A stretch of 64,000 nt of DNA, taken from NCBI GenBank assembly GCA_003158295.1, contig PMIP01000043.1:230-64229 (forward strand). The letters run 5' to 3'. The position numbers and the translations under genes were made by a program. The notes under the pieces are model-generated. The model saw only the letters and a program-made list of their open reading frames with translations. It had not been told where the DNA came from and ran no database searches. Shown here one piece after another: positions 34,814 to 42,238 of the stretch (position 1 is the first letter of the stretch; every line of letters begins with the position of its first letter). Source of the stretch: Chloroflexota bacterium (lineage in GTDB: Bacteria > Chloroflexota > Limnocylindria > Limnocylindrales > CSP1-4).

Positions 34814-37800
34814 CTCACGGCGGACCATCTCGTGCAGCCGTTCCGCGAATGCCTCGGCCAGCCGATCCGCCAGGGCCTTGACCATGATCGCCGAGTAATC
34901 GTCGTGGGCGGCCTCGAAGCCGGCCACCAACTCCGCCGAACCGACGCCCGCGGTGACCGCAAACCCGCCCAGATAGTCCGCGTCGCCGGCCGCGCGAGGA
35001 GCGACGAAGTCGGCCAGGGAGATGTTGGGACGCCCTGGCGGCTTCTCCATCTGCTGTCGGAGGGTGTGGACGACTGCGATCGACTCTTCTCGGCCGGCGT
35101 CCGTGTAGATCTCGATGTCGTCGCCCACGGAGTTGGCCGGCCAGAATCCGACCACCGCTCGCGCCCGAAGCAACCGCTCGGAGGCGATGCGCTCGAGCAG
35201 CCGGCGGGCGTCGTCGTACAAGGGCCGCGCCGAATCGCCGACCCTCGGTGCGTCGAGGATGGCCGGGAACTGCCCCTTGAGCTCCCAGGCCTGGAAGAAG
35301 GGTGTCCAGTCGATCCGATCGGCCAATTCCCCGATCGGGTAATCGTCGAAGGCGCGAAGGCCCAGGAATGTCGGTCGCGGCGCCGCCGGGCCGAAGTCCA
35401 CCCGAGACCGATTAGCACGCGCGGCCTCGACCGAGACCCGGGTCACACGCTCGCGCCGGCCGGCCCGCTCCACGCGTGTTCGCTCCTGGTCCTCGAGCAC
35501 GGAGGTGGCGTAGGCAGCGGCACCGTCGCCGAGCAGCTCCGAGACCACGCCTACCGCCCGCGAGGCATCGACCACGTGAACCACAGGCGCCGAGTACCGC
35601 GGCGCGATCTTGACCGCGGTGTGGGCACGTGAAGTCGTGGCTCCGCCGATGAGCAGCGGGACCCGGAAGCCCTCGCGTTCAAGCTCGCCGGCAACGTGGG
35701 CCATCTCCTCCAGGGACGGCGTGATCAGGCCGGAGAGCCCCACCACGTCCACCTTCTCGCGGCGCGCCGTCTCCAGGATCCGTGCCGCCGGGACCATGAC
35801 GCCCAGGTCCAGAACCTCGTAGTTGTTGCACCCGAGCACGACGCCGACGATGTTCTTGCCGATATCGTGGACGTCTCCCTTGACGGTGGCCATGAGGACC
35901 TTGCCGCGCGGCCGAGAGTCCCCCAGGGCGGTCTTCTCGGCTTCCAGATACGGCACCAGGTGCGCAACTGCCTTCTTCATGACGCGGGCGCTCTTGACCA
36001 CCTGGGGAAGGAACATCTTTCCGGCCGCGAAGAGGTCACCGACCGTGTTCATGCCGGCCATGAGCGGTCCTTCGATCACCTCGATGGGGCGGCTCGCGGC
36101 AAGCCGGGCTTCTTCGGTGTCCTCGACGACCCAGGCGTCGATCCCCTCGACCAGGGCGTGGCGCAACCGCTCCTCGACCGGCAGCTCCCGCCACCGCGGG
36201 TCTGCCTCGGGAGCGGCCGTGCCCTCGCCCGCGTACCGGGCCGCGATTTCCAGGAGCCGTTCCGTGGCATCCGGCCGGCGGTTCAGGACCAGATCCTCGA
36301 CGCGCTCCAGCAACTCGGGAGGGATCTCCGAGTAGACCGCCAGTTGCCCCGGGTTGACGATGCCCATGTCCATGCCCGCGGCGACGGCGTGATACAGGAA
36401 GACGGCGTGGATCGCTTCACGCACGGGGTCGTTGCCGCGGAAGGCGAACGAGACGTTGCTGACGCCCCCGCTGACACGAACTCCCGGCAGCTCGGCCTTG
36501 ATGCGGCGAGTCGCTTCCAGGTATGCGACGGCATAGCCGGCGTGCTCCTCTATGCCGGTGCCTATCGCGAAGACGTTCGGATCCAGGACGACCTCGTCCG
36601 GGGGGAAGCCGACCCGCTCGGTAAGGAGCCGGTACGCGCGCCGGCAGATCTCGACCTTTCGCTCGACCGTGTCGGCCTGGCCCTGCTCGTCGAAGGCCAT
36701 GACGATCACGGCCGCGCCGTAGCGGCGGGCGAGTCGGGCCTGGCGCAGGAACTGCTCCTCGCCTTCCTTGAGGGAGATCGAGTTCACGATCGGCTTGCCA
36801 CCGATGCAGCGCAGCCCGGCCTCGATGACCGACCATTTCGAGGAGTCCACGACGATCGGGACGCGGGCTATCGCGGGCTCGGAGGCCACGAGATCGAGGA
36901 AGTGGGTCATGGCTGCCTCCGAGTCGAGGAGGGCTTCGTCCATGTTGACGTCGATCGCCTGGGCGCCCACCTCAACCTGGCGGCTCGCGATCTGCAGCGC
37001 GCCGTCGAAATCGCCGTCCACGATGCGGCGGGCGAAGGCGCGCGAGCCGGCGACATTGGTCCGCTCGCCGATGTTCAGGAAGAGGCTGCCCTCGCCGACG
37101 TTCAGGGCCTCGAGGCCGGCCAGGCGAAGCGCGGCCGGGCGCTCCGGAACCCGGCGCGGGGCGAGTCCCACGGCTGCCTCGGCGATGGCGGCCACGTGCG
37201 CCGGTCCGCTCCCGCAGCAGCCGCCGATCACGTTGACCAGGCCAGCCTCCGCGAACTCGTGGAGGGTCGCGGCCATCGACTCAGGCGACTCGTCGTAGCC
37301 GCCGAACTCGTTGGGAAGTCCCGCGTTTGGATGTGCGGCGACGAAGGTGTCGGCCAGTCCGGACAGCTCCTCGACATGAGCCCGTAGCTGCCGCGCTCCC
37401 AGGGCGCAGTTGAGCCCCACGATCAGCGGCTCGGCGTGGCGGATCGCGTTCCAGAACGCCTCGACGGTGTGCCCGGAGAGAGTGCGGCCGCTGGCGTCCG
37501 TGATCGTGCCGGAGATCCACAGCGGGACCCGGACTCCCAGTTCGTCGAAGACCCCTTCGATGGCGTAGATGGCGGCCTTGGCGTTGAGCACGTCGAAGAT
37601 CGTCTCGACCATGAGCATGTCGGCGCCGCCACGGATCAGGCCGCGGGCTGCTTCGGCATACGCTTCGGCCAGCTGCTCGAAGGTGACCGAGCGCGCGGCC
37701 GGATCGGCCACGTCCGGCGAGATGGAGGCTGTCTTGTTGGTTGGCCCAAGCGACCCGGCCACGAATCGCGGCCGTCCGGGCTCTCGCGCCTCCGCGGCGT

Positions 37801-38194
37801 CGGCGGCGGCGCGTGCGATGCGGGCCGCCTCGACGTGCATCTCGTACGCGACGCTCTCCAGACCGTAGTCGGCCTGGGCGATGCGCGTGGCGGTGAACGT
37901 GTCGGTAGTGATGATGTCGGCGCCGGCCGCAAGATAGGCGTCGTGGACGCTCAGGACGATCTCGGGCCGGGTGAGGACAAGCAGGTCGTTGTCGCCACGA
38001 ACGTCGCGTGGATGGTCGCGAAAGCGCTCGCCGCGGAAGTCGGCCTCGGAGAGCCCGTACTGCTGGACGACAGTTCCTGTCGCGCCGTCGAGCACAAGGA
38101 TCCGCTGCGATAGCAACGGCCGGAGCAGAAGCAGGCGCTCCTCGCGCGTCCGAACGGGGCCCGCCGGGGCCTGATCAGCTGGTGTCGCGGGCAT
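34811..38194 (-). CDS. metH: Cobalamin-dependent methionine synthase, as encoded up to the premature TAG
   Basis: ATG 38194 (MPATPADQ...). It contains the Hcy-binding, pterin-binding, B12-cap/B12-binding ([19 protein letters not shown]) and activation domains. The upstream 140 codons of the track ORF are Arg/Pro-rich and unlikely to be coding. Confidence 0.93.
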   Translation of the reverse strand: MPATPADQAPAGPVRTREERLLLLRPLLSQRILVLDGATGTVVQQYGLSEADFRGERFRDHPRDVRGDNDLLVLTRPEIVLSVHDAYLAAGADIITTDTFTATRIAQADYGLESVAYEMHVEAARIARAAADAAEAREPGRPRFVAGSLGPTNKTASISPDVADPAARSVTFEQLAEAYAEAARGLIRGGADMLMVETIFDVLNAKAAIYAIEGVFDELGVRVPLWISGTITDASGRTLSGHTVEAFWNAIRHAEPLIVGLNCALGARQLRAHVEELSGLADTFVAAHPNAGLPNEFGGYDESPESMAATLHEFAEAGLVNVIGGCCGSGPAHVAAIAEAAVGLAPRRVPERPAALRLAGLEALNVGEGSLFLNIGERTNVAGSRAFARRIVDGDFDGALQIASRQVEVGAQAIDVNMDEALLDSEAAMTHFLDLVASEPAIARVPIVVDSSKWSVIEAGLRCIGGKPIVNSISLKEGEEQFLRQARLARRYGAAVIVMAFDEQGQADTVERKVEICRRAYRLLTERVGFPPDEVVLDPNVFAIGTGIEEHAGYAVAYLEATRRIKAELPGVRVSGGVSNVSFAFRGNDPVREAIHAVFLYHAVAAGMDMGIVNPGQLAVYSEIPPELLERVEDLVLNRRPDATERLLEIAARYAGEGTAAPEADPRWRELPVEERLRHALVEGIDAWVVEDTEEARLAASRPIEVIEGPLMAGMNTVGDLFAAGKMFLPQVVKSARVMKKAVAHLVPYLEAEKTALGDSRPRGKVLMATVKGDVHDIGKNIVGVVLGCNNYEVLDLGVMVPAARILETARREKVDVVGLSGLITPSLEEMAHVAGELEREGFRVPLLIGGATTSRAHTAVKIAPRYSAPVVHVVDASRAVGVVSELLGDGAAAYATSVLEDQERTRVERAGRRERVTRVSVEAARANRSRVDFGPAAPRPTFLGLRAFDDYPIGELADRIDWTPFFQAWELKGQFPAILDAPRVGDSARPLYDDARRLLERIASERLLRARAVVGFWPANSVGDDIEIYTDAGREESIAVVHTLRQQMEKPPGRPNISLADFVAPRAAGDADYLGGFAVTAGVGSAELVAGFEAAHDDYSAIMVKALADRLAEAFAERLHEMVRRE

Positions 38195-38325
38195 GTTCGT
38201 GGCGACCTGTTCGGACGTGATCGAGTGGATCTGGGTCTCTGTGGCGCCGCCTCCTTCTCCGCGCAGTGTACCCGGCCGGCTCAGAAGCGAGAATCCGCGG
38301 CGGCCGCGTCCCAGAGCGACGGGAG

Positions 38326-39063
38326 TCAGGCTCGTGTTCGGGGCGGAAGTCCGGCCCGTCGCGCCAGCATAAAGACGGACGGTCCCGGAGTTATCGAGCC
38401 GAGCGGCTCCTGCAGCACCGACTCCAGCCGCGCCAGAAGTCCGGCCGGCAGCCGGCGGCAGAGGCCGGGCAACCTGAAGAGCGAGGTGGCTCGGGTTCGG
38501 CGGACGGAGAAGCCGGCGGCCCGCAGGGAGCGGCGGACGCTCACCGGGGCGTGGTCGAAGTGGTAGGGCTTGTAGGCCACCGCTCCAAGGTCGAACGGCG
38601 ACCAGCCCTGGCAACCCAGCAGGTGGCGAGCGATCGCCTTCAGGTTTCGCTTGTTAGCGAACTCCAGCACGAGCGACCCGCCCGGACACACGACTCGAGC
38701 CAGCTCGGCCAGCACCGGCCCCGGGTCTTCGAAGTGGTGGAGCATCCGAACGCAGACGGCGGCGTCGAAGTAGCCGTCGGGATAGGGCAGGGCCAGGGCG
38801 TCGCCGAGCGTCACTTCGAAGCGTGGGTCGTGGCCCAGCGTCTCGCGGGCCGCCGCGACATGGACCTCGGAAGAGTCGAGAAGAACGACCTCTCGATACG
38901 CCGCGTACTCGCCGGCGAGCCGACCGAAACCGGCTCCGACCTCGATCAGTCGCGTGCCGTCAGGTGGCAGGAGGGCTCGCAGCGCGATCCGGTCGCAGGC
39001 GTCTTCGTATGAGCGACCGGCCCAGAACACATCCCGATAGCCGAGGTCCTCGTACGTGGCCAT
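38326..39063 (-). CDS. Class I SAM-dependent methyltransferase
   Basis: 245 aa from ATG 39063. Motif I is [14 protein letters not shown], the post-I region is VVLLDSS, and there is also [18 protein letters not shown]. Confidence 0.8.
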   Translation of the reverse strand: MATYEDLGYRDVFWAGRSYEDACDRIALRALLPPDGTRLIEVGAGFGRLAGEYAAYREVVLLDSSEVHVAAARETLGHDPRFEVTLGDALALPYPDGYFDAAVCVRMLHHFEDPGPVLAELARVVCPGGSLVLEFANKRNLKAIARHLLGCQGWSPFDLGAVAYKPYHFDHAPVSVRRSLRAAGFSVRRTRATSLFRLPGLCRRLPAGLLARLESVLQEPLGSITPGPSVFMLARRAGLPPRTRA

Positions 39064-39128
39064 CGGTCGGACAGGATCCTCCGGGATCGCGTCAGGTTCG
39101 GGGTCGAACGCTCCGCTCGGCGGGCCGA

Positions 39129-39305
39129 TCAGGAGGGGCTTGCGGCGCCGACTGCCCGGCGGTGGATGGCAAAGTCGTCGGCATTGCCCGACCAGCCGCA
39201 ATCGCAGCGGACGACGTTCGTCCGGGCGTTGTATTCCTCGATCAGGTGCGACTTCACCGGCCGGAGAGGGTTCGGAGCGACCGCCGTGCGGACTGGCCGA
39301 GCCAT
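39129..39305 (-). CDS. Small hypothetical protein (58 aa)
   Basis: ATG 39305 lies 4 nt after GGAGGAGG. The product is MARPVRTAVAPNPLRPVKSHLIEEYNARTNVVRCDCGWSGNADDFAIHRR.... The longer track ORF N-terminus is Arg-rich. Confidence 0.45.
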   Translation of the reverse strand: MARPVRTAVAPNPLRPVKSHLIEEYNARTNVVRCDCGWSGNADDFAIHRRAVGAASPS

Positions 39306-39422
39306 GGTTCCTCCTCCATCTCCCAACCCTGACGTTGCCGGCACGGACCATCCGGTTCTACGACCGCCGCCAGACGGATCCGTGGGCGCTCGGATACGGC
39401 TACGCCAATTGGGGAGCGGACC

Positions 39423-39433
39423 CCATTCTACCA
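39423..39433 (-). promoter_or_regulatory. Candidate extended -10 promoter element TGGTAGAATGG for the small ORF-methyltransferase-metH operon
   Basis: The minus strand reads CCTCTGGTAGAATGGGG (TGn + TAGAAT), ~115 nt upstream of ATG 39305. Confidence 0.4.
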
Positions 39434-39644
39434 GAGGCAGGTCGTCGACCCTCCGGCGGGAATGCCGAGTGACCCCCGGCGGACGTTTCATCCTGCGATT
39501 CCATCTGGTCACGGCCTATACCCGGGTGTAGGCTGCGCTCGTTCTCATCGGCCTTGGGACCCGTCATGAGGCCGAATAGGAGCGAGGTCGCCGGCGGCCC
39601 GCCAAGGGCGCGTCCCGGACAAGCAGGAGAAGGAGGCTTTACTC

Positions 39645-40136
39645 GTGCTGAATGAACTGTGGGCGAAGGTATCCGCTCGGGAGAAGCTGGTCGTCTATGG
39701 GGCAGCACTCGCCGCGGTAGGCGTGATCGTCGGCATGATCTTCGCCTCGGTGAATGCGTGCGCCGGCATTTCGGGCCTTGGGAACCTCGGCGGTTTGTGC
39801 AACGTCAACTACTTCACCGTGGATACCTTCGGCGGGGGCATCTTCGTGTGGCTCGCCCTCATCGCCGCCGTCGCGGCGCTGGTGATGGTCTACCTCCATG
39901 TTGCCCCCAACATGAACATCACCTGGCCGATGCCGTACGCACAGATCCTGCTGGGCGTCGCCGGGGCGATCCTCGTTTGCGCGGTCCTTGTCGTTCTGGG
40001 ACAGCTCATCCGCGCGGGCGGTTTCGGCCCCAATCCTCCGATCTTCTTGTACGTCGCTGACGTCCTGGTGGTCGCCGGCGGTGCGCTCGCCGCCTACGCC
40101 GCCTACATGGACTGGACCGCCAGCAAGGTCGTGTAA
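39645..40136 (+). CDS. Small multi-pass membrane protein, unknown family
   Basis: 163 aa with a GTG start preceded by GGAGAAGGAGG. It has 4 hydrophobic helices and is followed by a strong terminator hairpin. Confidence 0.75.
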   Translation: MLNELWAKVSAREKLVVYGAALAAVGVIVGMIFASVNACAGISGLGNLGGLCNVNYFTVDTFGGGIFVWLALIAAVAALVMVYLHVAPNMNITWPMPYAQILLGVAGAILVCAVLVVLGQLIRAGGFGPNPPIFLYVADVLVVAGGALAAYAAYMDWTASKVV

Positions 40137-40150
40137 CCTCTCGAACTCAG

Positions 40151-40180
40151 AGCGGCGGCCGCCGAAAGGTGGCCGCCGCT
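40151..40180. terminator. Bidirectional intrinsic terminator hairpin between convergent genes
   Basis: AGCGGCGGCCGCC-GAAA-GGTGGCCGCCGCT gives a 13-bp stem (one G-U pair) with a GAAA loop, followed by TATTGATT on the plus strand. Confidence 0.6.
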
Positions 40181-40533
40181 TATTGATTCGGGGCCGTGGG
40201 AGCGGCTTGCGCGTCTTGCTCGGCGTGAACGATGCGGAAGCAGTCGGAGCAGTAAACCGGTCGGTCCATGTGAGGCTTGAACGGGACCTGAGCCTGGTTG
40301 CCGCAGCGCGAGCACACGACGGCGAAGTACTCGCGCGGACCCCCGTTCCCGCCTCGGCCCCGGTCCGGACCCTCGCCGGCGTCGCGCATCGTACGTCTGG
40401 CGGCTCGACAGCTCGGGCATCGTTTGGGGTCCGAGACGAACCCCTTCTGCGTGTAGAACTCCTGGTCCTCGGCCGAATGAACGAACTCGGCGCCGCAGTC
40501 AACACAGGTCAGGGTTCGATCTACGTAGGTCAC
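40180..40533 (-). CDS. Zinc-ribbon protein with two CxxC...CxxC modules
   Basis: GTG 40533 lies 5 nt after GGAGGAG. The 117-aa product contains LTCVDCGAEFVHSAEDQEFYTQKGFVSDPKRCPSCR and VVCSRCGNQAQVPFKPHMDRPVYCSDCF. Confidence 0.75.
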   Translation of the reverse strand: MTYVDRTLTCVDCGAEFVHSAEDQEFYTQKGFVSDPKRCPSCRAARRTMRDAGEGPDRGRGGNGGPREYFAVVCSRCGNQAQVPFKPHMDRPVYCSDCFRIVHAEQDAQAAPTAPNQ

Positions 40534-40929
40534 GTTTCTCCTCCGGAGCCGCAGGTTCCGAGCCGCCCGTTCCCGATCAGGGCGAACCGAACCTGAGCCC
40601 GGCCGCCAAGCGACGCAGCTGGAGGCTTGGCGGATCCGGTCGACAGTCTGCGGTTCTTGTGTGCCTGTCTGGGACGCACCGGCAGGGCGGCAGGATAACA
40701 TGCAAGCCCGTCGTGCCAGAATGGCGGCCCAAATCGTTGGACAGGGCGAAACACGGACGCGACCGCCCTCAACCTCGTTGCGTCGGGCGTCGTGGAACCT
40801 GGCACAATCGCCGCGTAGGATAAGGCCGAGCCACGACGGTGCGGCCGGCAGGTCCAGGCGTCGTGATCTTGCCGCGAGCCGCGCGGGCATACGCGGATCG
40901 GGCGTGCACCTCGGAGTGCCCGGGCTCTT

Positions 40930-42222
40930 ATGAGGACCACTGGCTCGATGCTTCGCCTATTACACACCGCTGACGTACACCTGGGGGCCCGGCACACGGA
41001 CCTGGGCGAGCGCGCCGCGGTCCTGCGCGAGCGCCAGTTCGCCGCCTTCCGTGCCACGGTGGACCTGGCCATGGTCGAGAAGGTGGACCTCTTCCTGATC
41101 GCCGGGGACCTGTTCGACTCGAACACGCAGCCCCGTCGCTCGGTGGAACGCGTCGCCGCGGAGCTGGGGCGGCTGGCCAGGGCGAGCATCCGGACGGTGA
41201 TCATCCCCGGCACGCACGATGTCTACGACGGCGCGTCAATCTACCGCTCGTACGATCTGACGAACATGGCTCGCGCCGCCAGCGACTGGGTGGCCGTGCT
41301 GACGCCGTACCTGCCCGAGATTGTCTTCCCGTCGCTGGACACCATCGTCTACGGCCGCGTCTTCGACACGAAGCGCTCGCCGCGCAGCCCTCTCGCAGGC
41401 TTGAACGTGAAGGCCGATACGAGGGCCACCTGGAAGATCGGCATGGTCCACGGCGCCCTGGCCATCCCGGGGCGAACCGATGCGGATGCCGTGGTCTTCA
41501 CGGAGGAGGAAATCGCCGCGACCGGCCTGGACTACCTGGCCCTGGGGCACTGGCACTCGGCAGTCGAAGGCCGGGCCGGCAGTGTCTCCTACGCGTACTC
41601 CGGTGCGCCGGAGCCAGTCGCCGTGGATCAGGATGGGGCGGGCCAGGTTCTGCTCGTGACCCTTGATGACCGGGCCGGACGGCACGTCGTCACCATCGAA
41701 CCAAAGCGCGTGGGTCAGACGCGGGCCGAGAAGCTGGACCTGGACGTGAGCGGCGTGCACAGCCAACCGGAGCTGATCGAAGTGCTCGCCCGCCATGCCG
41801 ATGCGAACCTCGTCTTCAGCGTGCGCCTCACGGGCCTCTTCCCGGACGACCTGGATCTCGATCTGGAAGAGGTCGACAGGGCTCTCGCGCCCGCATTCCT
41901 GAAGTTCCGGATACGAGACGCCTCGATACCGGCCGCACCCGAGGGGTTGCAGGCGCCCCCGGACACCGTCCTGGGAGCCTTTGTCGGAGCGATCGAAGCT
42001 CGAATCGCGGAACTCGAGCAGGCCAGCGGTGCCGCGCCAGGCGCCGCTGTCGAGTCGTCGGGGACTTCCGAGACTGAGGCCTCCGTCGCCGCCGGGCGCT
42101 CCACCGGCGCCAGCGCCGCAATCGCGTCTCCGGAGGTGGACCCCGCCGAAGAGCTGGCCGATCTGCGTGAGGTGCTCCGCCTCGGACGCCATCTCCTTGA
42201 AGGGCGCCAGGTGACGCTGTGA
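40930..42222 (+). CDS. SbcD/Mre11-like metallophosphoesterase (YhaO-type DNA repair exonuclease)
   Basis: LLHTADVHLGARH, IAGDLFD, GTHD and GHWH motifs. The start is ATG 40930 or 40948. The C-terminal ~100 aa are Ala/Glu-rich. Confidence 0.85.
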   Translation: MRTTGSMLRLLHTADVHLGARHTDLGERAAVLRERQFAAFRATVDLAMVEKVDLFLIAGDLFDSNTQPRRSVERVAAELGRLARASIRTVIIPGTHDVYDGASIYRSYDLTNMARAASDWVAVLTPYLPEIVFPSLDTIVYGRVFDTKRSPRSPLAGLNVKADTRATWKIGMVHGALAIPGRTDADAVVFTEEEIAATGLDYLALGHWHSAVEGRAGSVSYAYSGAPEPVAVDQDGAGQVLLVTLDDRAGRHVVTIEPKRVGQTRAEKLDLDVSGVHSQPELIEVLARHADANLVFSVRLTGLFPDDLDLDLEEVDRALAPAFLKFRIRDASIPAAPEGLQAPPDTVLGAFVGAIEARIAELEQASGAAPGAAVESSGTSETEASVAAGRSTGASAAIASPEVDPAEELADLREVLRLGRHLLEGRQVTL

Positions 42223-42238
42223 GCGGAGGCACGCGACG

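Noticed and set aside
38195-38325. Known riboswitch (SAM, SAH or B12) upstream of metH
   Set aside because: I could not align the 131-nt spacer to any riboswitch consensus I remember. Only a generic SD-sequestering pairing is visible, so it is kept as a low-interest finding and not called as an ncRNA feature.
40800-40814. Sigma-54-like promoter TGGCAC-N5-CCGC
   Set aside because: The -12 element lacks the TT of TTGC. No enhancer-binding protein or rpoN is evident in the window.
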